Positions 15,518 to 24,807 of a DNA stretch of 64,000 nucleotides are shown here, in pieces (position 1 is the stretch's first letter; each line of letters begins with the position of its first letter). Location of the stretch: contig CAMBZN010000004.1 in assembly GCA_945872565.1 (NCBI GenBank), positions 20,190 to 84,189 of the forward strand. The letters run 5' to 3'. The translations under genes were made by a program, and so were the position numbers. This DNA is from Chlamydia trachomatis (GTDB taxonomy: Bacteria > Chlamydiota > Chlamydiia > Chlamydiales > 2-12-FULL-49-11). The notes beneath the pieces are model-generated. The model saw only the letters and a list, made by a program, of their open reading frames with translations, was not told where the DNA came from and ran no database searches.

Positions 15518-17269
15518 ACAGAGCATCTGATTTTTAGACATTTCCCCTTCTTTAAACACTAATCCTAAAGCAGGCTCTAACCTAACAACCTCCGCCTCTT
15601 TTATCAGTGACATCGCTCCGTCTGCCCTTGTGATATAAGGGATTTGATATCTTTTTGAAAACTGTGCAATTGCCTCTTCTGAAAAATGATCTATGGAGGG
15701 GTTTTGTAAAATAATCCCACTTGCCTCTTTTAATAGATCACTCTCCATAAAAAATTCAGTTGTAATCACAATTTTCCCTCTAAAGTCAAAAACCTCCCTA
15801 CTTCCCCTTGGAAAGTAGTAGATCACCTGACCGATAACAGCCTTATCGCCCCCTTGCATAGGTAATCCCCGAACAATTGCATTGCCAATACTTTCTATAC
15901 GAATGGTGTTTGTAGTGTAACTTAAGCCATAAGGAACGCCCATGGTAATTACGATTAGATCTCCATAATTTGCCCAACCCTTTTGAAGCATCAAACACAT
16001 AAACGGATTGAAGTTGTTATGGTTGCATTCATGAGTCTCTTTCATGGAGATTGCACCATAAAGAAATGCCGATTGGTGAAAAGTGGTTTCATGGGGGGTA
16101 ACTACGATCACTTTTGCTCGAGGGCGAAGGGAGGCAATTCTTCGTGCAGTATTGCCTGATTTAGAAAAGACTAAAATTGCTGCTGCATCGATATCATTTG
16201 CTGTTTGCACAGCAGAGGCAGCTATTTTTGATGTAACGGTTTTATTTGTTTCACTACCTCTTCTATTTTCAATTGCTACTTTTTCAGCCTCTTCAATGAT
16301 TTCGCACATAATTGATAGTGTGTGGGCTGGATGTTCCCCCATGGCAGTTTCTGCAGAAAGCATTGTGCAGGAGGTTCCATCAAAGACGCTATTTGCCACA
16401 TCTGAAACCTCCGCTCTTGTTGGGGACATATTTGAAACCATCGTTTCAAGCATTTGTGTGGCAACAATTACAGGCTTTCCCTTGATGTTGCATTGATTGA
16501 TCATCATTTTTTGCATGGGAGGGACTTGGGCAAAACTGCACTCAACAGCTAAATCACCACGAGCTACCATAATTCCATCGGAAACTTCTAATATCTCATC
16601 AAAATTAGCAATTCCTTGTAAGCTTTCGATTTTTGCAAATACTAATAACTCCGGGGCATTTGCCGACCGTAGCAACTCCTTTATACTGAGTATGTGCTCT
16701 GCGGACATGGCAAATGAGGCAGCAATTGCATCCACCCCCATTGCGACACCAAACAAAATGTCTTCCTTATCTTTTTCTGTAAGAAATGGAATGCTTAATT
16801 TTACCCCAGGGAAATTAACACTCTTGTTTGATTTTAACGTCCCTGGATTGATAATCTTAACAGTAACTGAAGCTTCCGATTTCTCAGTGATTTCCCCTTT
16901 GATCGTCCCATCATCAAAAAGAACCACGTTGCCTATACTTAGATCTTTAATGATTGATTTTGGAGCAATCGAAATACCTTCTGAAGATTCCCCCCCATGA
17001 AGTTTAAAAAAATCCCCCTTCTTCAAAAGTAGAGGATGGGTGTTTTTTGTCCTAACTTCAGGTCCTTTGGTATCTAATAAAATAGCAAGGGGTCTTTCTA
17101 AGCATCTTCTCTGTTCTTTAATATCAAGAATAACTCGCCTGTGGTCATCGTACGAGCCATGACTGAAATTTAACCTGCAGACGTCCATCCCTGCATCTAT
17201 TAATGATTTAAGCCCCTCTTTAGAGGCAACAGCAGGCCCAATTGTACATATTACCTTAGTTTTTCTCAT
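15503..17269 (-). CDS. pyk: pyruvate kinase with a C-terminal PEP-utilizer-like extension
   Basis: 588 aa with TKVICTIGPA, NFSHG and MVARGDL motifs. The last ~110 aa align with the extra C-terminal domain of Geobacillus-type pyruvate kinase. Confidence 0.95.
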   Translation of the reverse strand: MRKTKVICTIGPAVASKEGLKSLIDAGMDVCRLNFSHGSYDDHRRVILDIKEQRRCLERPLAILLDTKGPEVRTKNTHPLLLKKGDFFKLHGGESSEGISIAPKSIIKDLSIGNVVLFDDGTIKGEITEKSEASVTVKIINPGTLKSNKSVNFPGVKLSIPFLTEKDKEDILFGVAMGVDAIAASFAMSAEHILSIKELLRSANAPELLVFAKIESLQGIANFDEILEVSDGIMVARGDLAVECSFAQVPPMQKMMINQCNIKGKPVIVATQMLETMVSNMSPTRAEVSDVANSVFDGTSCTMLSAETAMGEHPAHTLSIMCEIIEEAEKVAIENRRGSETNKTVTSKIAASAVQTANDIDAAAILVFSKSGNTARRIASLRPRAKVIVVTPHETTFHQSAFLYGAISMKETHECNHNNFNPFMCLMLQKGWANYGDLIVITMGVPYGLSYTTNTIRIESIGNAIVRGLPMQGGDKAVIGQVIYYFPRGSREVFDFRGKIVITTEFFMESDLLKEASGIILQNPSIDHFSEEAIAQFSKRYQIPYITRADGAMSLIKEAEVVRLEPALGLVFKEGEMSKNQMLCLNKK

Positions 17270-17465
17270 AACTCTAGTGTACTAGAGTTACATTACTTTG
17301 CAAGGCATTCCTGTTTAACAAATATCAGATATTTTAACAAATAAGACCTGAGCACCCCTTACATCAGCTTTGGAATTATGGATTTTATGCAAAGACTTTT
17401 CTCTTTTTCTTTACAAAAAAGGATCATTTAGCTCATATTATTTGGAATAAAAAAGAAGGTAAATC

Positions 17466-17792
17466 ATGGAATCATTAGGCTCATCTACAGGGGCTCTACC
17501 TAACAATAATTTTATTATTAATGCGGCCCTTTACCGTGCTGTTGCATCTTTAAATATAGAAGAAGTCGAAAGGATTACCTCCCAATACTGGAGAGTAATC
17601 AATCCTTGGTTGAGAGAATATGACTTTTCTGTTTGGGAGATTCTTGACTTCAGCACAAAATACACAAAAGACCTGCTAGGACGAATTAGCTCACAGCACC
17701 TCCACTATGATCGAGCTCAACTTGAGTTAGACCTTGCTAAACAACAGCAGATCTTTGCTTTGCTGAGCAAAAATTTGTCATATATTTTTTGA
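17466..17792 (+). CDS. hypothetical protein (108 aa)
   Basis: ATG preceded by AAGAAGGT. No recognisable domain. The 3' end overlaps the convergent 120-aa ORF by 56 nt. Confidence 0.4.
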   Translation: MESLGSSTGALPNNNFIINAALYRAVASLNIEEVERITSQYWRVINPWLREYDFSVWEILDFSTKYTKDLLGRISSQHLHYDRAQLELDLAKQQQIFALLSKNLSYIF

Positions 17793-18099
17793 ATGAATCT
17801 TTATCGTTTTTAACCTTTCCAAGTTTAAATAGGCGATCATTTGACAATCTATTTACAGCACCCTCACAAGACTCTGCTAATTTAATCATTCCTAGCGATT
17901 TAAAAATTGTTTGAAAAAAACTGATTAATTTTTCACCAACACTTTCTTTTCTTAACTCCTCAATCCTTTGATTTGCATTCTTTAAATCTATTTTCACCGA
18001 TTCAAAGGTGGGATTTTTAACTTCTGTCATGTGAAAGTCCATAAATTTAACACAAGCCCTTCCACCGTAATCGCCTTCTGGTCTATTTGGATCTATCAT
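17737..18099 (-). CDS. hypothetical protein (120 aa)
   Basis: ATG preceded by AAGGAG (AATAAGGAGTTTTATC ATG). No recognisable domain. Confidence 0.45.
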   Translation of the reverse strand: MIDPNRPEGDYGGRACVKFMDFHMTEVKNPTFESVKIDLKNANQRIEELRKESVGEKLISFFQTIFKSLGMIKLAESCEGAVNRLSNDRLFKLGKVKNDKDSFKKYMTNFCSAKQRSAVV

Positions 18100-18267
18100 G
18101 ATAAAACTCCTTATTGTTTTAATTATAGTTTAATTATAACATTTATACATTTAATTTGAAACAACCATTCCATTTACTTGACTTAAGCAACTAACTATCA
18201 ATTTTTAAGGATAAGGGCATTTGTAGCTGTTTACTAAAAAGAGTAATTGATACATACTCATCCCTCT

Positions 18268-21200
18268 ATGAGCAAGAGTCGAAAAATCATTTTAAAGGGC
18301 GTATGCGTACACAATTTGAAAAATGTAGATCTTTCCCTTACAATAGGGGAAATGATTGCATTTACTGGGGTCTCTGGGTCTGGTAAATCCTCCCTTGCTT
18401 TCGACACTTTATTCATTGAAGGGCAAAAACGATATATTGAATCCTTATCCAAAAGTGCCCGTCGGGGCATTGGAAAGTTACAATCCCCCCAGGCGGAAAA
18501 AATTACAGGCCTTCCCCCCACTATTGCCATTGAACAAAAAACCCTTTCCCATAATCCTAGATCTACTGTTGGTACAATTACCCATCTTTACGATCACCTA
18601 AGGCTCCTTTTTTCAAACCTTGCGGTCTGTTATTGTCCAATTAGCGGTGAAAAAGTAACCCCCGCCACTGAAAAAGAGATCCGTGACAGCATCTATGAGA
18701 TAGAAGCTGGGACTAAAGTGGTTTTTTTAGCCTCGTTTGTAAAAGGGAGAAAAGGCGCCTTTAGAGATGACCTTGTTTCACTTGTAAAAAAGGGCTTTAC
18801 TCGCCTGTATATAGATGGTGATTTTTACAACCTAAGTGACAATATCCCCGATCTTGACAAGGAAAAAGCTCACAGTATTGATATTGTAATTGACAGACTC
18901 ACTCTTGAGCAATCGACATCAAGGGTGGATGAGGCAATCAACCAAGCCCTAAAAGTTGGTGAGGGGGTATTTTCAGTGTTGATCCCCCATTTAAAAGAGA
19001 TAAAAGTCTACTCTTTATACAGTTTTTCTCCAAAATCGGGTGTCTACTACAAGACCTTAGAGAGCGAAGATTTTTCTTTTAACCATCCAAAGGGAATGTG
19101 CACCCGTTGTAAAGGGCTGGGGGTATGTGAAGATTTTGATTTGAATAAAATCATCAATAAAGAGGCCTCTATCAACCAAGACTTATGTCTAATTGCGCCG
19201 AGTTTTGATACAGTTTCTTTTGGAAATATCTACAAAAACCTAGCAAAACTCTATAACTTTAAGGTTACAACCCCCTGGAAGCTGCTGTCAAAAAAAGCAC
19301 AAGAAGTCTACCTTTACGGAACAGAAGAAAAGTGGGTTAAAATGAAATTTACCCACCCAGACACTGGATACACATGGATGGATCAAGTGGAGTGGAAGGG
19401 GGTCATTAACATTGCTAAAAGTCGCCTTAGTGAATCCACCTCCGACTCCTACAAAGAACGAATGAGAGAGCTTATGGACATCTTCCCCTGTCCAGATTGC
19501 AAGGGTTCTTGTTTAAAACCCTATCCAAGTGCAGCAAAATTTAAAAACAAGACCATCCAAGAGTGGACGGCACTTTCTGCCCAGGAACTACTCGATGAGT
19601 TATCCAAAATAACACTGTCAAAAAATGAAGCAATTCTTGCCAAAGAAATTTTAAAGGAAATGATCTCTCGCCTCCAATTTTTAATCGATGTGGGACTCTC
19701 ATACCTTACAATCAACAGAACCAGCCCTACACTTTCTGGCGGCGAGGCCCAGCGCGTTCGGCTCTCGGGGTTAATTGGATCCTCTCTAACAGACGTCTTA
19801 TATATTTTAGATGAACCTTCTATTGGTTTGCATCCAAGTGATAACTTAAAACTGATCAAAAGTTTAAAAGCACTGCAAAAACTTGGCAATACCATCATCA
19901 TTGTTGAACATGATGAGGAGACCATCCTTGCTGCAGACTCTGTTGTGGATATTGGACCAAAAGCAGGCGTTGAAGGGGGAAACATCCTATATAATGGCAG
20001 CACTAAGGACTTTTTAAAAGAGGAGGGATCCTTAACAGCTGGTTACCTATCCGGCAGAAAAACAATTTTTATCCCTAAAAAAAGACCGGTCGACCTTAAA
20101 AAAGCAATTACCATCAAGGGCGCCTCCCATCACAATCTTAAAAACATAAGTGCAGTGATACCACTTCATGTAATGACTGCAATCACTGGAATTTCTGGAT
20201 CTGGTAAATCTTCCCTAATCAGTCAAACTCTCTACCCCTATTTGAATAACACCCTCCACAACACATCACTACCAGTAGGAGAGCATACATCCATAACAGG
20301 TGTAGAACAAATTGAAAAGGTAATCAACATCGATCAATCACCAATTGGTAGAACACCAAGATCAAATCCTGCAACGTATGTTGGGGTTTTTACCGATATA
20401 AGAAAGTTTTTTGCATCACTTCCCTCTGCAAAAGCTGCCGGATTTTCTGAAGGGAGATTTAGCTTTAATGTAAAAGAAGGGTCATGCCCCCACTGCTCAG
20501 GAATTGGCTCAATAAAAGTGGATATGGATTTTTTAGCAGATGTGTGGGTTACATGTGAAGAGTGTAAGGGAAGGCGTTTTGACCACTTGACACTTTCAAT
20601 CATGTATAAGGGCAAGCACATTTCAGATGTATTAGACATGTCTATAGATGAGGCGTGCTCCTATTTTGAAAATATCCCACAAATTCACAAGAAAGTAGAG
20701 CTGCTCTCCAAAATGGGCCTTGGGTATATCACCCTTGGTCAATCTGCAACAACCATTTCTGGTGGGGAGGCCCAAAGGATTAAACTCACCTGTGAGCTTT
20801 TAAAAAAACGGGGAACAAAAACACTGTATATTCTTGATGAACCCACAACAGGGCTGCATTTTTATGACATTGCAAAACTCTTAACCATCCTTCATGAGCT
20901 AGTTGATAATGGTAACACTATTGTTGTTATTGAACATAACATGGATCTTGTAAAAACATGTGATTATGTAATCGACTTAGGCCCTTTTGGTGGAAAAGGT
21001 GGTGGAGAGATCATCGCAAAAGGTACTGTAGAAGAGGTTGCAAAACTTTCCTCCCCTACTGCTCCATTTATCAAAGCTGCTTTAGAGGGAACACATGCAA
21101 CTTTTCCTTCGGTTTCTAAAAAAAGCTTTGAAAAAAAATGTATCAGTATAGAAAATGCCCATGAACACAATTTAAAAAACATCGATGTAGACATCAACAA

Positions 21201-23619
21201 AGGAAAAATCACCATCTTTACCGGTCCTTCTGGATCTGGTAAAACAAGCCTTGCATACAACACTATTTACGCAGAAGCTCAAAGGCGCTTTGTTGAAACC
21301 CTCCCCCCTTTTACAAGAAGATTTGTTCATGCTCTGCCAAAACCTAAATATAGCCGGATGAAAAATCTCTCTCCAACCATTGCAATCGAGCAAAAAACCC
21401 GCAGCATGAACCCCAGAAGCACCTTGGGGACAATGACAGAGGTCTATGATCATTTAAGGTTGATCTATGCACAAATCGGCACCCCCTTTTGTCCAGAGAC
21501 AAAATATCCCATTGTACAAATTACTAGTGAGCGCATCGCAAATGGGTATAAAAACACCCCTCAAGGGGCAAAAATCACCATCCTTGCCCCAATCAATACA
21601 AATAAAATACTCGACTTTGAAGAATGGAAAAATAGAACTCTTGCAAGTGGTTTTTTGCGCATACGCCTCAACGGAGTGTTTTATGAGCTAGATCAAGAGA
21701 TTCCCTTTCGACGTCTTAGAAAAAATACTTTAGAACTTGTTGTAGATAGACTTGTTTTCACCCCAGCCTCAATTGAGAGAATCATTTCAGGGATCGACCT
21801 TGCCACCATGTATTCAAATGCAGAGGTGATCATCTTATGCGACCATCAAGAGCAATACTACAACCTCTCTTTCTCTGTAAAAGAAACTGGAAAATCCTAC
21901 CCAAAGATCACCCACCATACATTCTCCTTCAACCAGATCGAAGGGCAGTGTACTCACTGCAATGGACTTGGAATTTTAATTGATATTGATGAGGAAATGT
22001 ACACCTATTTTGGATGTGGGAGCGAAGAAATTTGCCCCAGATGTGAGGGCGGCAGATTAAACCCCCTTGCCTCAAACGTTCTTATCAACAACTTAAGCCT
22101 TCCTGCCTTTTGCTCCCTTTCTTTACAAGGCGCACTTGAGGTAGCGCTCAAAATGCCCCCCTCAAGTGTAATCAAAGAGCCTCTAGCAAGGCTCATCTCC
22201 ACTTTAACGTTTCTAATCGATATTGGCCTGCACTATTTATCCATCAATCGGATGACAAGAACACTAAGTACAGGTGAGCTCCAAAGGCTCCGTCTTGCAA
22301 AAGAACTGCACAAAGAACTCACCGGTGCCTGTTACATCCTTGATGAGCCAACAGTAGGTCTTCATCCCGCAAATAGTGATCTTCTCCACCTTTCTTTAAA
22401 AAAAATGCGCGATCGAGGAAATACGTTAATCATTGTCGAACATGATCCACTGACTATGAAAATTGCCGATGACATTTTAGACTTTGGTCCAGGATGTGGG
22501 AAAAATGGGGGTACAATTGTTGCAAGAGGAACCTACGAGGAGATTAAAGCAAACAAAAACTCAGTAACAGGACAGTACCTATCGGGAAAAAAACAAATCC
22601 GGCGCTCCACCCCTTCCATCACCCCCACTGACTTTTTAGAGGTAAAAAAAGCATCTATCCATAACATCAAAAACTTAAACATCAACATCCCTTTAAATGG
22701 AATCACTTCATTTACCGGCCTCTCTGGCGCTGGAAAAACCTCTCTTGTAATTGATCTGTTGTGCAAGCATTTAGAGGAAAATCTAAAGAGAAATAAGCCC
22801 CAAGCATCGCTTAAAAAAAGCAATTGCGAAATTGATAATTGCAAAAAGATCTCTAAAGTGATTCACATCGATCAAACACCGCTTTCCCACTCCTCTAGAT
22901 CCGATATCTCCACATACCTAGACATCTTAACTCCACTTCGAACATTTTATTCAGCATTACCCGAAGCTAAAATACGAGGGCTAAAGCCAGGTCATTTTAG
23001 CTTTAATTCGCAAACAGGATTCTGCAAAAGGTGCAAAGGTCTTGGGTCTGAATTGGTCGATCTACACTTTTTGCCCCCCGTTATGCTCGAGTGCACATCC
23101 TGTAATGGCCTCCGTTTAAATCCACTTAGTCTTTCCATCAAATATAAAGGGTTGTCCATTTCTGAACTTTTACAATCTGATGTTGAAACCGCCTTAAAGA
23201 TCTTCCCGCCGATTGCAAAAATACACAAGGCACTATCTTTAATGATCGACACAGGATTAGATCATCTTTCACTAAATAGAGGGGTAAAAACCCTTTCCGG
23301 GGGAGAATCATCTAGATTAAAAATCTCTCAAGAGTTAATGAAAAAAGATATAGGGCACACCCTTTATATTTTTGATGAGCCCACAACAGGGCTGCATTTT
23401 TCCGACGTAGAACTTTTAATAAAATTATTTGACACTTTGCTTAAAAAAGGGCATGGGCTGTGGATTATTGAGCACAACACAGATGTTATTTCAAACTCCG
23501 ACACCATCATCGATCTGGGCCCATTTGGAGGGCAAGAGGGGGGCAAAATCGTAGACATTGGAACCCCAACTGAGATAATTAAAAACAAGAAAGCATTGAT
23601 AGCAAACTACCTTGTGTGA
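18268..23619 (+). CDS. uvrA: excinuclease ABC subunit A, tandem double-length form (two complete UvrA modules in one polypeptide)
   Basis: Four Walker A boxes (GVSGSGKSS, GISGSGKSS, GPSGSGKTS, GLSGAGKTS) and four ABC signatures (LSGGEAQR, ISGGEAQR, LSTGELQR, LSGGESSR), plus CxxC zinc modules in both halves. I chose the start at ATG 18268. The ORF track uses TTG 18247. Confidence 0.95.
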   Translation: MSKSRKIILKGVCVHNLKNVDLSLTIGEMIAFTGVSGSGKSSLAFDTLFIEGQKRYIESLSKSARRGIGKLQSPQAEKITGLPPTIAIEQKTLSHNPRSTVGTITHLYDHLRLLFSNLAVCYCPISGEKVTPATEKEIRDSIYEIEAGTKVVFLASFVKGRKGAFRDDLVSLVKKGFTRLYIDGDFYNLSDNIPDLDKEKAHSIDIVIDRLTLEQSTSRVDEAINQALKVGEGVFSVLIPHLKEIKVYSLYSFSPKSGVYYKTLESEDFSFNHPKGMCTRCKGLGVCEDFDLNKIINKEASINQDLCLIAPSFDTVSFGNIYKNLAKLYNFKVTTPWKLLSKKAQEVYLYGTEEKWVKMKFTHPDTGYTWMDQVEWKGVINIAKSRLSESTSDSYKERMRELMDIFPCPDCKGSCLKPYPSAAKFKNKTIQEWTALSAQELLDELSKITLSKNEAILAKEILKEMISRLQFLIDVGLSYLTINRTSPTLSGGEAQRVRLSGLIGSSLTDVLYILDEPSIGLHPSDNLKLIKSLKALQKLGNTIIIVEHDEETILAADSVVDIGPKAGVEGGNILYNGSTKDFLKEEGSLTAGYLSGRKTIFIPKKRPVDLKKAITIKGASHHNLKNISAVIPLHVMTAITGISGSGKSSLISQTLYPYLNNTLHNTSLPVGEHTSITGVEQIEKVINIDQSPIGRTPRSNPATYVGVFTDIRKFFASLPSAKAAGFSEGRFSFNVKEGSCPHCSGIGSIKVDMDFLADVWVTCEECKGRRFDHLTLSIMYKGKHISDVLDMSIDEACSYFENIPQIHKKVELLSKMGLGYITLGQSATTISGGEAQRIKLTCELLKKRGTKTLYILDEPTTGLHFYDIAKLLTILHELVDNGNTIVVIEHNMDLVKTCDYVIDLGPFGGKGGGEIIAKGTVEEVAKLSSPTAPFIKAALEGTHATFPSVSKKSFEKKCISIENAHEHNLKNIDVDINKGKITIFTGPSGSGKTSLAYNTIYAEAQRRFVETLPPFTRRFVHALPKPKYSRMKNLSPTIAIEQKTRSMNPRSTLGTMTEVYDHLRLIYAQIGTPFCPETKYPIVQITSERIANGYKNTPQGAKITILAPINTNKILDFEEWKNRTLASGFLRIRLNGVFYELDQEIPFRRLRKNTLELVVDRLVFTPASIERIISGIDLATMYSNAEVIILCDHQEQYYNLSFSVKETGKSYPKITHHTFSFNQIEGQCTHCNGLGILIDIDEEMYTYFGCGSEEICPRCEGGRLNPLASNVLINNLSLPAFCSLSLQGALEVALKMPPSSVIKEPLARLISTLTFLIDIGLHYLSINRMTRTLSTGELQRLRLAKELHKELTGACYILDEPTVGLHPANSDLLHLSLKKMRDRGNTLIIVEHDPLTMKIADDILDFGPGCGKNGGTIVARGTYEEIKANKNSVTGQYLSGKKQIRRSTPSITPTDFLEVKKASIHNIKNLNINIPLNGITSFTGLSGAGKTSLVIDLLCKHLEENLKRNKPQASLKKSNCEIDNCKKISKVIHIDQTPLSHSSRSDISTYLDILTPLRTFYSALPEAKIRGLKPGHFSFNSQTGFCKRCKGLGSELVDLHFLPPVMLECTSCNGLRLNPLSLSIKYKGLSISELLQSDVETALKIFPPIAKIHKALSLMIDTGLDHLSLNRGVKTLSGGESSRLKISQELMKKDIGHTLYIFDEPTTGLHFSDVELLIKLFDTLLKKGHGLWIIEHNTDVISNSDTIIDLGPFGGQEGGKIVDIGTPTEIIKNKKALIANYLV

Positions 23620-23633
23620 TACTCTTATTATTT

Positions 23634-23727
23634 GCTGGGGACTTTGTGGAATAAGCCTTGCGAATCAGGTCAGGACTGGAAGGTAGCAGCCTTAAGGAAG
23701 TAGTTTTTGTCATAAATACTCCCCAGC
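23634..23727 (+). ncRNA. ffs: signal recognition particle RNA (small 4.5S type)
   Basis: 5' GCUGGGGA pairs with 3' UCCCCAGC. The apical region UCAGGUCAGGACUGGAAGGUAGCAGCCUUAAGG matches the conserved domain IV of E. coli 4.5S RNA (CAGGUCAGGUCCGGAAGGAAGCAGCCAAGG), including the GGAA tetraloop. A UUUU run follows. Confidence 0.85.
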
Positions 23728-23733
23728 ATTTTA

Positions 23734-24777
23734 TTAAAAATGAACTCCTACACCTGCAAGAATGCTTGCTAGGGTAAAATTATCACAGGCATTGACCGCA
23801 GTGATGTTGTTTCTTTTAATTTGATCTATCCCCTGGCTGATACCATAGACATACAAATAACTTCCGCCAATGTAGACATACATCCGACCAAAATGAATCT
23901 CCATATGGGGCGCAGTTTCTACACTTGCTGCTCCAAACACCCTTGTTTTATTCTGATCTGTGAGGGTCTTTAAAAAATAAGTATTTGTATCGTTAGGATC
24001 AAGAGCTGGATATCCCACAGCTATTGAATAATCCAGTAGATTACCGTATCCGCCACACTTAAGGGGAATTTCTAGGTAAATTCGTTTGGTCATTCGATAC
24101 CTTAGATTTCCACCAAGCTGGAGGCCAATTAAACGATTTACATTGTTTAATGACATCAAAGCATTAACATCGTTACGTGGACCACCAAGGAGGGGGTCTG
24201 GCAATCCAGAGAGCTCTATTTTATTATCCTGTTGCATCCCACGAACGCCATAGAGAATGGAAACGGAAAAGTAATCATAATACCTGGGGGTTGGGTGTTG
24301 TAGATAACTTGCTTCTGCAGAATTAAAGTGTTCAAGATATTGAACATTTACTTCCCTAAATGTTTTAAATGTATGAGAAACCCCAAATGCCTCCTGCCCA
24401 AAAGGGGCAATTGAAAATCCTATCCTCTCTTCATTAGCCTCTTCTATCAATCGGTTAAAGTTCCATTGATACAATCCAAAAAAAATCGCCTGCACAGAAC
24501 CTTTTCTATTTGCAGATAAATCAGCACGAACTTTTAAGCCAGGAGCAAATTCTTCACACCCTTGATTCATTGCAAACAAAGTCTTTCCAAACCTTAAGCC
24601 CAACTCCCCTGAATTGTTTATTTCTGTTTTATAAACAAGGGGGGTGGCTGGAAAACAACCTCTCCAAGAAGGTGCGTATGCTGCATCAAAATATAAGCCT
24701 ACTCCCGCTTTAGAAAATACCCCTGAATTACCAAAAATAGTTCCACAAAAAATAGTTAAAAAAAGTAGTTGTTTCAT
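23734..24777 (-). CDS. putative outer-membrane beta-barrel (porin-like) protein
   Basis: From ATG 24777 the product begins MKQLLFLTIFCGTIFGNSGVFS, which is signal-peptide-like. It has alternating Gly/aromatic-rich segments and a C-terminal ...GVGVHF (terminal Phe), as in OMP beta-barrels. Confidence 0.6.
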   Translation of the reverse strand: MKQLLFLTIFCGTIFGNSGVFSKAGVGLYFDAAYAPSWRGCFPATPLVYKTEINNSGELGLRFGKTLFAMNQGCEEFAPGLKVRADLSANRKGSVQAIFFGLYQWNFNRLIEEANEERIGFSIAPFGQEAFGVSHTFKTFREVNVQYLEHFNSAEASYLQHPTPRYYDYFSVSILYGVRGMQQDNKIELSGLPDPLLGGPRNDVNALMSLNNVNRLIGLQLGGNLRYRMTKRIYLEIPLKCGGYGNLLDYSIAVGYPALDPNDTNTYFLKTLTDQNKTRVFGAASVETAPHMEIHFGRMYVYIGGSYLYVYGISQGIDQIKRNNITAVNACDNFTLASILAGVGVHF

Positions 24778-24807
24778 CGATTTTACATTATGTGAAGCAG
24801 TAAATAA

